NCBI GenBank assembly: GCA_033763315.1
Contig: JANRKS010000032.1
Location: 320,001 to 384,000, forward strand
From: Deltaproteobacteria bacterium
Lineage (GTDB): Bacteria; Myxococcota_A; Polyangia; Fen-1088
Direction of reading: 5' to 3'
DNA: 64,000 nucleotides
Numbering within the stretch: the stretch's first letter is position 1; every line of letters starts with the position of its first letter. Below, piece after piece: positions 28,206-38,224 of the stretch. The notes under the pieces are model-generated. The model was not told the DNA's origin and did no database searches. It worked only from the letters and a program-made list of their open reading frames with translations. The translations under genes and the position numbers were made by a program.

Positions 28206-30561
28206 TCGTCAGCGTTGTGCTTTGCAACTCTTCCGAGCTGCCGCCGACCATGACATCGAAAGCGCCGGGCTCCACCACGCGCGTTCCGTCGATGCCGTAA
28301 AAAGCAAACGCCACGGGAGGCAGGGTGAATGACACACGCTTGGATTCGCCTGCCGCCAACGTAAGTCGCGCGAATTCACGCAACGATTTCACGGGCCGCG
28401 TGACGGCGGCCACTTGATCGTGAAGGTAGAGTTGGGCCACGGCATCGCCGGCAACTTTGCCTGTGTTTGTGACGTCTACGGTGACTGTGACGCTTTGGCC
28501 GGCTTTAATGGTTGCGGCGGAAAGTTGCGGCGGGCCGTACGCGAACGTTGTGTACGAAAGCCCATGGCCAAAAGGATAAAGTGGCTTGTCTATGTTGCCT
28601 ACGTAGGCGCGAAAGCGCGAAGGCTTGTGATCATAATTAAACGGCGCTTGCCCTGACGTTTGTGGAAACGTGATGGGCAGTTTTCCGCCTGGGTTGATGC
28701 GACCGAACAAAGCGTCGGCCACCGCTTCGCCCGTGTGTTGGCCCAGGTAAAAACCGCATAAGATCGCGTGCGCGTGTGACGCCACGCTGGCGAGTTCAAG
28801 CGGGCGGCCGCCAATGAACACCACCACCATTGGCTTTTTCAAAGCCGACAGCGCTTCAACAAGTTTGTTCTGATCGCCAAGCAGTGTCAGATCCGTGCGA
28901 TCGCCTAGATGATTTTCACCCCAAGCTTCGCGGTTGACGCTTTCGTTGTCACCCAAGGCCAGCACGATCACGTCAGCCGTTCGCGCCACCTTCACAGCGT
29001 CCGCGATGCGTTTTGCATTCTTTTGCGGATCGGCGGCGATGATGTCGCCATCTTTCCAGAACGTGGCCTCTGATTCGATGATGCGAACGCCCTCGGCGTA
29101 ACGCACGTCAAACTTGCCTGCGGCTGCTTGTTCAAGGCCCGCCTTGATGCTGGTGCCTTCGAAGGGTTCAACCGAGTAGCCGCCCAAATGAACGCTGCCA
29201 GCGTTGGGGCCGATGATGGCCAGATGTTTGATGCGTTTTTCATCAAGCGGCAGCAACTGATCATTTTTCAGCAGCACCAAAGCCTTCTCAGCGGCCTTAC
29301 GTGCCAAGGCGGCGTGCGCGGGCGCGCCCACGGTGTTAATGGCGGCGTTTGGATCCACAAATGGTTCATCAAACAAGCCTAAGCGAAACTTCACGCTCAA
29401 CACGCGCGCCACGGCTTGGTCCAAGGTTTGGGCGGCCACGCGGCCGTTGTTGATCTGTGAAACCAGCGTCGGATACGTGTGGTTGCGGTTGGCCAATTCC
29501 AGATCCACACCCGACCACAGGGCCACGCGCGCGGCGTCCTCGGGTGTGGCCACCACGTGATGAACGGCCAGCAAGCGTTCGACGCCGCGAAGATCGGCGA
29601 CCACATAGCCGGAAAACCCCCAGGCGTTACGCAATTGTTCGGTCAACAACCACCGGTTTGCGTGCGAGGGCACACCATCCACTTCGTTGTAAGACGCCAT
29701 CACGCTGGCGATGGGCGTGGCTTTCGTGATGCGTTCGAAGGGCCACAAATGCACTTCTTGGAAGTACCGCATGCCAATGTTGGCAGGCGCCGTGTTGCGT
29801 CCGCCTTCAGGCTGGCCGTGGCCCGCAAAGTGTTTGAGCGTGGCGGCCACGTGTGGCTTACCGAGCAGGGCGCCCTCGCCTTGAAAGCCTTGCACCGCCG
29901 CCAGGCCCAACTCACCGACGAGGTAAGGATCTTCGCCGTACATCTCTTCGGTGCGGCCAAACCGCGGCTCGCGGGCCACGTCCACAACGGGTGCCAACAC
30001 TTGGTTTGCACCCACGGCGCGCGCTTCGGCCGCCGCCACAGTGAAGACGGAGCGCAACAGATCGCGATCCCACGTGGCACCCAGCGCAATGGCTTGCGGA
30101 AACACAGTGGCGCCTTTGGCCTGCGTGCCGTGCAGCGCCTCCGCGATGATGAGAGCCGGGATGCCGAGGCGTGTGTTTTGCGTGGCAAAACGCTGCACAT
30201 CATTTGCAAGCTGTGCGTGTTGTTGGGCAGGTACCTTATCGATGGGCAAGGCCACCAGGCCGATGCCGTGCGGCCACATCTTTTGCGCCTGCGCCACGGG
30301 CAATGTGGCTGCGTGTTCAAACAGCTCGGGCGTCCAAACTGTTGTTGTTTGCGCGACCTTTTCTTCGAGCGTCATCTGGGCGAGCAACGACTGCACGCGC
30401 GTTTCGATGCTGGCCTTTGCGTCTTTGTACAGCGACGGATCGGGCGGCTGGGGCGGGTTCACATCCACGGCGGCCTTGATGGGTGGCGCGGGCGGCAAAG
30501 GTGTGGCAGCCGCGCAGGCTGTCAAGCTCAAGCAAGTGACGAGCGGGAGACAACGGAACAT
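28195..30561 (-). CDS. GH3 beta-glucosidase/xylosidase (BglX-like), lipoprotein
   Basis: MTLEEKV, RLGIP..EALHG, REPRFGRTEEMYGEDP, KHFAGHG, VMASYN, VLLKN, NPGGKLP, YPFGHGLSYT, Fn3-like tail; lipobox LTAC. Confidence 0.93.
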   Translation of the reverse strand: MFRCLPLVTCLSLTACAAATPLPPAPPIKAAVDVNPPQPPDPSLYKDAKASIETRVQSLLAQMTLEEKVAQTTTVWTPELFEHAATLPVAQAQKMWPHGIGLVALPIDKVPAQQHAQLANDVQRFATQNTRLGIPALIIAEALHGTQAKGATVFPQAIALGATWDRDLLRSVFTVAAAEARAVGANQVLAPVVDVAREPRFGRTEEMYGEDPYLVGELGLAAVQGFQGEGALLGKPHVAATLKHFAGHGQPEGGRNTAPANIGMRYFQEVHLWPFERITKATPIASVMASYNEVDGVPSHANRWLLTEQLRNAWGFSGYVVADLRGVERLLAVHHVVATPEDAARVALWSGVDLELANRNHTYPTLVSQINNGRVAAQTLDQAVARVLSVKFRLGLFDEPFVDPNAAINTVGAPAHAALARKAAEKALVLLKNDQLLPLDEKRIKHLAIIGPNAGSVHLGGYSVEPFEGTSIKAGLEQAAAGKFDVRYAEGVRIIESEATFWKDGDIIAADPQKNAKRIADAVKVARTADVIVLALGDNESVNREAWGENHLGDRTDLTLLGDQNKLVEALSALKKPMVVVFIGGRPLELASVASHAHAILCGFYLGQHTGEAVADALFGRINPGGKLPITFPQTSGQAPFNYDHKPSRFRAYVGNIDKPLYPFGHGLSYTTFAYGPPQLSAATIKAGQSVTVTVDVTNTGKVAGDAVAQLYLHDQVAAVTRPVKSLREFARLTLAAGESKRVSFTLPPVAFAFYGIDGTRVVEPGAFDVMVGGSSEELQSTTLTITE

Positions 30562-30640
30562 CGCCCGCAGTGTAAGGGGCGCGGCGCTAGATGGGCAACT
30601 CGTGGCTGCTGGTGAGATCGATTTTGCGCCAGGCGCCCGC
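30550..30640. repeat. Direct repeat copy 1 (91 bp), left islet boundary
   Basis: 87/91 identical to 36173..36263. Confidence 0.95.
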
Positions 30641-30734
30641 ACGGTCGCACCCAGTACAGGATTGAAGGGAATCAGTTGTCAAGGTACACCAAGGCGCCGA
30701 CGGATACATCCTCGGCCTCGTTGTCGCGAACAAC

Positions 30735-31181
30735 TTGTGGGACATCGCCCGCGCGACGCGTCCATTGTATAGTTGCGCGGTGACGTCCCCAGCCACGCAG
30801 CTGTTAGCGGATTACTTTGCGAACAAGGCAGACGAAGTGTCGGCTGTATACCTTTTCGGCAGCCACGCCACGGGCAAGTTCCGAGCCGACAGCGATGTTG
30901 ACGTGGCGGTGTTATTAAGGACCGCCCCACCAAAGACTTTCGCAGGGCTGCATCTTGGCCTTGCGGGCGAACTGGAACGGCTGCTATCGCTGCCGGTCGA
31001 TCTTGTGGTGCTAAACGATGCGCCGGTGGATCTTGTTCGGCGCGTATTGCAAGGCGGCACTTTGGTGGCGGATATTGATCGCCAAGCGCGCATCGCATTC
31101 GAGGTCAAGGCACGGAACGAGTACTTTGATTTGTTGCCATACCTCGAAGAGTATCGGCATCCGAAAAAAGTGTCCGCATGA
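30735..31181 (+). CDS. MNT (minimal nucleotidyltransferase) antitoxin, MntA-like
   Basis: YLFGSHATGKFRADSDVDVAV (GSx10DxD), VDLVVLN; start may be GTG 30780. Confidence 0.9.
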   Translation: MWDIARATRPLYSCAVTSPATQLLADYFANKADEVSAVYLFGSHATGKFRADSDVDVAVLLRTAPPKTFAGLHLGLAGELERLLSLPVDLVVLNDAPVDLVRRVLQGGTLVADIDRQARIAFEVKARNEYFDLLPYLEEYRHPKKVSA

Positions 31182-31594
31182 CTGACGAACCTCTATTGGC
31201 CAAGAAGCTTGCCTTTATTGAAACCTGCTTGCGCGAGCTGCGTGAACAAGCGCGGCCTTCCCTGTTGCATGAAATACGGGAACTGCGGTTCGTTGAGCAC
31301 ACCCTCCAGATTGCGATTCAATCGGCGCTGGACATTGCATCACACATCATCTCAGACGAGCGCCTGGGTGAGCCAAAAACCAACCGTTCGCTGTTCGACC
31401 TTCTGGCCAACCACGCGTGGGTAACAACAAATCAAGCCGAAGGCTTGTCGCGCATGGCAGGCTTCCGCAATATTTTGGTACACGGATACACTGAAGTGGA
31501 TCCGGCTATCGTAAGGGATGTGCTTGAGAATCACCTGGGTGATCTGGATGCATTCGTCGCGGCAATTCGCGCCAAGTTGGGGCCAAGAACCTAG
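31178..31594 (+). CDS. HEPN/DUF86 RNase toxin, HepT-like
   Basis: GFRNILVHGY (Rx4H); ATGA overlap with MNT. Confidence 0.92.
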   Translation: MTDEPLLAKKLAFIETCLRELREQARPSLLHEIRELRFVEHTLQIAIQSALDIASHIISDERLGEPKTNRSLFDLLANHAWVTTNQAEGLSRMAGFRNILVHGYTEVDPAIVRDVLENHLGDLDAFVAAIRAKLGPRT

Positions 31595-31630
31595 CTGCAA
31601 CCGTTGGTTGGCTAAGCCCAGTAACACGCG

Positions 31631-31774
31631 CGCCTCGCGATAAAAGGCTGCCACCGTGTCTGTGAACAGACGGTGTACAGCGCCCAGTAGGCGAGCGTCG
31701 AACGCCAAGGGAAAGCGCAACACGAAGGGAAGCGCTAACACCCATTGCCGAAGCGCCACGCCATTGGGCAACAC
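31631..31774 (-). pseudogene. IS91-family transposase remnant
   Basis: LRQWVLALPFVLRFPLAFDARLLGAVHRLF resembles the RQWVLSxPxxLR segment of IS91/ISCR transposases. Confidence 0.6.
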
Positions 31775-31886
31775 GGGAATCTCTCTCCTAGGGCTCGTGG
31801 GAGCGAAACGATGACGCCCACCATGGCGGTTGCCCTAGAGCGCGTTTGTAATTGCAAGATGCGACACAAACGGCTTAATTAGTGCT

Positions 31887-34763
31887 GTGCATACGACGCG
31901 TCTTAATTTGCTGGCACTACTTTGCCTTGCTTCTTGTGCCACAGTCGCACCGAAAAACGCCCCACATCCGCTCGCCGGCAATGGGCTGCTGGAAGATCCG
32001 CATCTGGTTTGGGTGGGAACGAATCCAAAGACCCCAGGCATGGGCAAGATCAAGTACGACGTTAAGGAGACGCGACTTCCGAGCGGCCTGTGGCTATTGA
32101 CGGAGCATGCGGCGGCTCGGGGTATGGTGGCCTTGTCGTTGAATGTGGCGGCGGGAAGCCAAGATGATCCTGCCGATCAGGCGGGGCTCGCGCATTGGGT
32201 TGAGCACCTCATGTTCAGGATGCCCGTTGGTCCGAAGGGGCAAACCTATTCGGAACTTATGACCATGATAGGCGCCACGAATGTCAATGCATTCACACGC
32301 CCCACATCGACGGAGTTCATCGCTTCCGTGCCGCGCGGGTCGTTGAAGACCGCGCTCACTGTCTTCGCTCGCTTGTTCGACGCTCATCTCGAGCACATCC
32401 CTATGGCCCAGGTTGAACTCGAGCGTTCCATTGTCCTTAACGAGTCACTCGATCGGGACGAAACGGGTGAGCCCGGGCAACTGATGGGTTGGATCCACCA
32501 AGCCATTTTTCCTGCGGGCCATCCATACATACGGCCTGTGGGCGGAAACCGTGCCAGCATTGCTAAATTCACCATCCCGGACGCTCAAGCCTTCGTCAAT
32601 CGTTTGTACGTGCCCTCAAACGCGAGCCTCGCCGTGGTGGGCGATTTGCAGGGCTTAGACTTCGACGAAGAGGTCATTAAGCAGTTGCCTTCTGTGATGA
32701 TCAAAAAGGGCAGTTTCGATGCTTCCCCCAAACCGAAAGAAGCCGTGTTCGACGTCGATCTTGCCGCAGTACCCGAAGGCGGTTTCGTCTCGCATAAGGC
32801 CGTAGGCATCACGCGGCCACGTTCCGTAAGCCTGTGGCGCCTACCGTCCATTTACGGTCGTGCAGGGCACTATTCGCAGCTGTTCGGAAACACCAAAGTT
32901 TTTCAAAAGGTGCTTTGGTACCTCGAACGTCTTGAAGGTGTGCATTCGGCAAGCATTTTCCCCATTCACTATCGCGACGACACACTGCTGGTTTTGTCTT
33001 TAGATTTCGAGGACGCCACGAGGTGGCAAGAAAACACCCAACTCGCCGTTAGAAGTTTGATGCTCCCCTTTGTCTTCAACATCGACGCGCGCTCTAACTA
33101 TGAGTCGCAATTAGAGGAAGAGACGCAACGGTTGGCTCAGACTCGGCAAAGTGTGATCTTGGCGGCGTTGTTGGACTCCGAGCCTTTCGTTCAGCGAACG
33201 ACCCGTTGGTCGGAATTTGCGCTCTATCGAGGCAAAGGAATCTTTTATGTCGAGGCGCTGCAAAGGGTGCTTCAAACTGAGGGCAACTTGGTCGCGGCGT
33301 ATGCACAGTGGCTGTTGGCTCCAGGCCGAGCGCGCGTGATGTTTATCGAGCCCGAAGTGGCACAAAAAGCCGCAGAACTTCCTGTCGTCAACTACGCGCC
33401 AGAAAGCGCGGCCGACATAACGGCGGAAGGGGCGAATTCGTTCCCGTCTCCCCCTGTGGCCGCAGGCCCTCCAGAGTTTGAGCCACACAACCGCAGACTT
33501 TTGACCTTGCCCAATGGCATGCAGGTCGCCTTGCTGAGTCGGAAACAGTTTCCTACCGCCGCGGCTGCCGTGGTGTGGAAGGGGGCTACTTTGCAGTCCA
33601 CGAAGCCTGCTGCGGCCCGCATGCTTCGCCACCTTGAGCGGACGGTGCAGTCGAACGTCAACGGGGGTTGGCTTACGTGGTCGGCTGGCGACGATGTTGA
33701 TGCCGACGTAGATCTTATCCAGGGTGGTTCCGGAAACCTGCACAGCATCCTTTACCGAGTGGCTCAGAAGATTCGGGTCACTGAGAAGCTCTTCGATTGG
33801 GAAGCCGTCTTCGCCCAGGGCACCAAGGAACAGAACAAATCCGAACTGAGCATCAAAGACAATGCGGCTCAGGCGGCCAAACGCGATCCCCGCGAAAAGG
33901 CCTATGAGCAGGTAATACAGCTTCTTTATGGAGCAGACAGTGGTTTTGTCACGGAAGTCAGTGTCGCGCAGATACGCGCTCTGACAGCCGATGATATGAG
34001 GCGCGCCACCGCGCAGCTGCGCAACCCGGCGAACGCCATCGTTGTGCTAGTCGCGGATGAGAGCCTCGATACGATGGAGCAACTTGTTCGTGATTGGTTG
34101 CAAGCCTGGCAGCCAAAAGTCGAACCACTGGCGGTCACGCGCAAGGTCCCCAAGGTTTCTCCGCCTCGTTCCGGCGAGCCGCAAACTGTGGTTGAAGACC
34201 TGCCTGGCGCTCCTTCAATCGAGTTGAAGATCGCCTGCCGGCTGCCAAATGACAAGGACGAGGATGGCGCCATCAACCAGGAAGCTCTCGGCATCTTGGC
34301 GTCGTGGCTTTCGACGAGGCTTCGCTATGACGCTGGCCTGACGTATAACCTGGACGCCAAGGCCAGAACGCTTAGCGGCGGGGCGGCAGATCTGCTTGTG
34401 AGCTTTTCAGTCAATGAAAGCCAGTTCAAGGACGCATTGAGAATCACCAAAGGCGTATGGGCAAGTGTTATGAAAGGAACGATCGACGCGGGCACGCGGA
34501 GTCAGATCGCATGGGCGCGCACAACGCATGACAATCTGCGGTTTCAAACAGCAGCGGAGACGGCAATGGCTACCGCATTTAGTTTGAGCCGAACGCCTGC
34601 TACTGAGAGGCGCCCTGATCTCGGCATGCCGATCATCGGTCTTAGAAAAAGCGCCTCCGATGACGAGATCAAGCGTGCTCTGCGAGTGTGCGAAGGCAGC
34701 ACGATCTTCTCATACGTCGGAAATCGCTCTATCATCGAGAAGGAGCTGGCGACGGCGAAGTAG
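31887..34763 (+). CDS. M16-family (insulinase-like) zinc peptidase, lipoprotein
   Basis: Lipobox LASC; GLAHWVEHLMF (HxxEH), NAFT, ERSIVLNE, HPY..PVGG, second inactive M16 half. Confidence 0.9.
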   Translation: MHTTRLNLLALLCLASCATVAPKNAPHPLAGNGLLEDPHLVWVGTNPKTPGMGKIKYDVKETRLPSGLWLLTEHAAARGMVALSLNVAAGSQDDPADQAGLAHWVEHLMFRMPVGPKGQTYSELMTMIGATNVNAFTRPTSTEFIASVPRGSLKTALTVFARLFDAHLEHIPMAQVELERSIVLNESLDRDETGEPGQLMGWIHQAIFPAGHPYIRPVGGNRASIAKFTIPDAQAFVNRLYVPSNASLAVVGDLQGLDFDEEVIKQLPSVMIKKGSFDASPKPKEAVFDVDLAAVPEGGFVSHKAVGITRPRSVSLWRLPSIYGRAGHYSQLFGNTKVFQKVLWYLERLEGVHSASIFPIHYRDDTLLVLSLDFEDATRWQENTQLAVRSLMLPFVFNIDARSNYESQLEEETQRLAQTRQSVILAALLDSEPFVQRTTRWSEFALYRGKGIFYVEALQRVLQTEGNLVAAYAQWLLAPGRARVMFIEPEVAQKAAELPVVNYAPESAADITAEGANSFPSPPVAAGPPEFEPHNRRLLTLPNGMQVALLSRKQFPTAAAAVVWKGATLQSTKPAAARMLRHLERTVQSNVNGGWLTWSAGDDVDADVDLIQGGSGNLHSILYRVAQKIRVTEKLFDWEAVFAQGTKEQNKSELSIKDNAAQAAKRDPREKAYEQVIQLLYGADSGFVTEVSVAQIRALTADDMRRATAQLRNPANAIVVLVADESLDTMEQLVRDWLQAWQPKVEPLAVTRKVPKVSPPRSGEPQTVVEDLPGAPSIELKIACRLPNDKDEDGAINQEALGILASWLSTRLRYDAGLTYNLDAKARTLSGGAADLLVSFSVNESQFKDALRITKGVWASVMKGTIDAGTRSQIAWARTTHDNLRFQTAAETAMATAFSLSRTPATERRPDLGMPIIGLRKSASDDEIKRALRVCEGSTIFSYVGNRSIIEKELATAK

Positions 34764-36099
34764 AGGTGAGCAGCCTGGGCGGCAGCGGCGAAGGCGGTTT
34801 CCATCCTTTCGTGATTGCCTCGGCTTCTTTGATCTCAAGCGCCGTCAGCTCTTGGGATGTACCCTTTAGGTACGTCGCACCTCGTTGTGAGCCCCTGAGC
34901 GCGGCCAACATGAACAACCCATAGGCGCGCACCTTGTCTTGGGCCACACCGTCTCCGTTCAAATAGACGAGTGCCAGGTTGGAAAGAGCGTTGGCGTCAC
35001 CCTGTGCGGACGATAGCTCGAACAACCGGACAGCTTCGGGGACATTTTTGTCCACGCCCCGACCATACTGATACATCAATGCGAGGTTATTTTGAGCGTT
35101 GAAATCGCCCATCGCCCTCGCGAGAAAAAACCATTCGAATGCGTGATCAACATTCTGATCCACGCCCCGACCATTGTCATACATGAGGCCCAAATTGTTC
35201 TGCGAGCCCCTGTGGCCTTGTGCGGAGGCCAAGGCATAAAGCTTTGCAGCGAGCTGCGGATTTGGGCGAACGCCGTCACCGTTGTCGTACGCAACGGCGA
35301 GGTTGTGCTGAGCTGGTGCGTAGCCTTGCCTCGCGCCCAACAGGTATAGACCCGCGGCCATCGTTGGATCCGACTCCACACCACGCCCGCTGTCGTACAT
35401 CAGACCAAGGTTGTATTGCGCTTGGACGTTCCCTTGCTTTGCGGACGCCGTGTAAAGTTGAGCCGCTTTCTTCAGATCCTTTGGCACACCTTCACCGGAC
35501 TCATACATGACGGCCAGATTGTATTGCGCAGTCGCATGGTTCTGGGCCGCTGACAGCGTGAGCCACCGGATCGCTTCGTGGACATCTCGCGCCACGCCCT
35601 GGGCGTTGTCGTACATGATCGCAAGGTTGCACTGCGCGCCTGGGTGCCCTTTAGCCGCTGCGGCCTTATAGAACCGCAGCGCCTTCGCTGCGTCTTTGAA
35701 GACGCCCTCACCGTTGTGGTACATCACACCGAGGTCGTTCAGCGCATCCAGTTGACCTTGCTTTGCGGCCAGCTCATACCAATGTCTAGCGCGCGTTAAG
35801 TCTTGCGCCACGCCACGTCCCAGGTAGTGCGCAAGCCCAAGCTGGTACTGTGCCGAAGCGTTTCCTTTGGCAGCCGACCTGTTGAACAAACCAAGCGCCT
35901 CTTCGTAGTTGGGCGCAACGGCGCGCCCTTCGATCAGAAGCTTGCCAAGGTCGTACTGTGCCTTATCGTCCCCCTGCTGCGCGTGCAGCCTCAATTCCTC
36001 AAGCGCCTTCGGTGACATGCCGCCTCCGCTTGTTCGGCAGGCAGTGGCATTCAAGGCGAAAGCGATCAGCAGAATTGCTAGGAGCGGGCGCGGTTGCAT
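34732..36099 (-). CDS. Sel1-like repeat lipoprotein
   Basis: About 10 tandem AQYNLGxMYxxGxGV repeats; signal ending NATAC; ATG 36099. Confidence 0.93.
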   Translation of the reverse strand: MQPRPLLAILLIAFALNATACRTSGGGMSPKALEELRLHAQQGDDKAQYDLGKLLIEGRAVAPNYEEALGLFNRSAAKGNASAQYQLGLAHYLGRGVAQDLTRARHWYELAAKQGQLDALNDLGVMYHNGEGVFKDAAKALRFYKAAAAKGHPGAQCNLAIMYDNAQGVARDVHEAIRWLTLSAAQNHATAQYNLAVMYESGEGVPKDLKKAAQLYTASAKQGNVQAQYNLGLMYDSGRGVESDPTMAAGLYLLGARQGYAPAQHNLAVAYDNGDGVRPNPQLAAKLYALASAQGHRGSQNNLGLMYDNGRGVDQNVDHAFEWFFLARAMGDFNAQNNLALMYQYGRGVDKNVPEAVRLFELSSAQGDANALSNLALVYLNGDGVAQDKVRAYGLFMLAALRGSQRGATYLKGTSQELTALEIKEAEAITKGWKPPSPLPPRLLTSTSPSPAPSR

Positions 36100-36172
36100 C
36101 AACCCATGATAAAGCGGCCGCGTCCCATATGGCGAGCACAAAGGCCTCACTGTAGCCATCAAAGTGGCTGAT

Positions 36173-36263
36173 ACAACGGAACATCGCCCGCAGTGTAAGG
36201 GGCGTGGCGCTAGATGGGCAACTCGTGGCTGCCCGTGAGATCGATTCTGCGCCAGGCGCCCGC
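36173..36263. repeat. Direct repeat copy 2 (91 bp), contains MATE 3' end
   Basis: 87/91 identical to 30550..30640. Confidence 0.95.
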
Positions 36264-37559
36264 GCGAAAGCGCCAGGAAAAAGCGATGGCCAAGAGAACC
36301 AGATACCCCATAAGGCACATCATCGCAGCCACATAGCCCTGGTGGCGCACGCTGACCACATAATAGGCCACCGGCATGAAGGTGAGCCAGGCCAACACCA
36401 CGCGCGCCCACAAGCACCAGGCCGTATCTCCCGCGGACCGCAGAATTTCGCTGAGGCTGATGACCACGGCGTCAAACAATTGCCAGCAGGCGGAGATGGC
36501 CAACATCGTGCGTCCCACGCGGATGAGTTCCGCGGCGTCTTGGCCATCGGGTGCGAAGAGGCTTATGAGATAGCGGGGCAAGGCGAGATAGATGAGGCCC
36601 ACCGATCCCTGCCAAAGGCATGTGATGATCAACGTGTGCTTGAGCACGCCGGGCACTTTGTCTTTGTGATTTTCGCCAATGGCTTGGCCCGCCAAGATGG
36701 CGCCCGCGCAACTGAGGCCAAACGCAGGCATGAACGAAACCGAGTTGATTTGCATCACCACCATGAAGGCGGCCAGCACAGTGGTGCCAAGTTTGGCGAT
36801 GACCACCGTGATGAAGATCCAAAACGCTGTGAACTCGAGGAACCAGTTAAAGCCGTGGGGCACGCCAAAGCGCAGCATGCGCCAAAATTCGCTGGCGCGC
36901 AGGCGCAGCGGCCCCTCGATCTTTCCAGTCATTCGCCGCGTGACGAACGCCCACAAAAGCACGGCCACGCCACACCACGTGGCGATCGAACTGGCCCACG
37001 CCGCCCCCGCCACGCCCAGCGCGGGTGCGCCCCAATGGCCACCGATGAGCGCGTAGTTCAACAGCACGTTGACCACCATTGCCACAACGCTGGCGATCAT
37101 TTGCAAGCGTGTGTTGCCGAGGCCGCCGAACCAGTTGCCCAGCACCTCTGTGGCCACCACGGCGCCAAGGGAAGTGAACCGAATCACAAGGTACGCGCGC
37201 ATCGGCTCGCGCACATTCGCCTCGTAGGGGAACCAGGATAAAAAACGATCCACGCCGAGCGGCGCTGCAAAACCAAGCAGCAAGAACAGCGAGGACAACA
37301 TGAGGCCGTAGTGCCCGTAACGCCGGGCCGCCGCCAGGTCGCCTTTGCCCTTAAACTGCGCCGCGAAGCTTTGCAGGATGTAAGCGAGACCCATCGGGAA
37401 GATCACCATCGCGAAAAAGTTGAGGCCGCCCGTGGTCACGGCCGCCAAAGCGGACTGCCCGAGCGAAGCGCTCATCAAGGCGTCCGAAAAGCCGATCACG
37501 GATTGGGCTGAGCGCGCCAGGATGATTGGCCACGCCAAAGTGAACAGCGTTTTGAGCAT
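36210..37559 (-). CDS. MATE-family efflux transporter
   Basis: LAWPIIL, D..M..LG, GLGNTR..M, LNYALIGG..G.PALGVAGAAWAS, FMPAFGL; about 12 TMs. Confidence 0.93.
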   Translation of the reverse strand: MLKTLFTLAWPIILARSAQSVIGFSDALMSASLGQSALAAVTTGGLNFFAMVIFPMGLAYILQSFAAQFKGKGDLAAARRYGHYGLMLSSLFLLLGFAAPLGVDRFLSWFPYEANVREPMRAYLVIRFTSLGAVVATEVLGNWFGGLGNTRLQMIASVVAMVVNVLLNYALIGGHWGAPALGVAGAAWASSIATWCGVAVLLWAFVTRRMTGKIEGPLRLRASEFWRMLRFGVPHGFNWFLEFTAFWIFITVVIAKLGTTVLAAFMVVMQINSVSFMPAFGLSCAGAILAGQAIGENHKDKVPGVLKHTLIITCLWQGSVGLIYLALPRYLISLFAPDGQDAAELIRVGRTMLAISACWQLFDAVVISLSEILRSAGDTAWCLWARVVLAWLTFMPVAYYVVSVRHQGYVAAMMCLMGYLVLLAIAFSWRFRAGAWRRIDLTGSHELPI

Positions 37560-37567
37560 GGTGGCCC

Positions 37568-38215
37568 TTAGAAAGCGCGATCGGGTGGCAAGTCCAGCTG
37601 GTTTTTGGGCAGGCCCGTCCACCAGACGAAATCAACGCCCAACAGAACTGACACAGCGTCAATCGGGCTGCCGGGCAGAAAGCGTGCGCCGAGTGTGGGC
37701 GTGATCGCGAACCCGCCGGAGAATGCCTTCTTGTAGGGGAAAAAATCATAGGAGAGGCCCAGCATATAGAGCGCTCCGTAAGCGCCACGCAATTTGTCGT
37801 CCGGATCAGGTGGGTTCTTCTGGCTGACACTGGCGTAGCCGGCGCCGAAGCCGCCTTGAACGGCGAGCTTGTTCCACACGCGGAACCCTGTTTCGATCAA
37901 CAAGCCTCCGAGCGCCGTGGTTTCATCGCCCTTTTTGCCGCCGGTAAAGTCAAGCCGCAGGCCCATGCTGAACCGCTGCGTGAGCAATTGCCCCAGGCGA
38001 AGGATGGGTACACCCGTAAGCGCCGTGGGGTCGCGTGAGTCGCCTTTGTCCCACAGGAACCCGGCCCCGGCTTCAATGCCAAGCGATGCGTAATAGCCTT
38101 GCCGCGGCGAGGGCGGCTCAAGCACTGTGTTGGGTGTGGTTTGTGCAAACGCGGGCGACGCAAGCGTGGCCACAAGCGCGCCACAGAGAAGCAGAGTGTG
38201 CCGTTTCATCGTCAT
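37568..38215 (-). CDS. Small outer-membrane beta-barrel-like protein
   Basis: Signal peptide (AFA/Q); alternating Gly/aromatic beta-strands. Confidence 0.65.
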   Translation of the reverse strand: MTMKRHTLLLCGALVATLASPAFAQTTPNTVLEPPSPRQGYYASLGIEAGAGFLWDKGDSRDPTALTGVPILRLGQLLTQRFSMGLRLDFTGGKKGDETTALGGLLIETGFRVWNKLAVQGGFGAGYASVSQKNPPDPDDKLRGAYGALYMLGLSYDFFPYKKAFSGGFAITPTLGARFLPGSPIDAVSVLLGVDFVWWTGLPKNQLDLPPDRAF

Positions 38216-38224
38216 TGCCTCCGC

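Larger units (their letters stand above)
30641..36172. mobile_element. 5.5-kb islet bounded by 91-bp direct repeats
   Basis: Flanking duplication, TA pair, transposase-like remnant, visibly different codon usage; no integrase seen. Confidence 0.7.

Noticed and set aside
30562-30642. N-terminal extension of the GH3 ORF
   Set aside because: Lies in the duplicated MATE tail; the lipoprotein signal starts at 30561
34900-35990. Periodic ~108-bp pattern as a CRISPR or DNA repeat array
   Set aside because: It is the 36-aa Sel1 protein repeat, degenerate at DNA level
36100-36417. N-terminal extension of the Sel1 ORF
   Set aside because: Overlaps MATE and the repeat; the signal peptide starts at 36099
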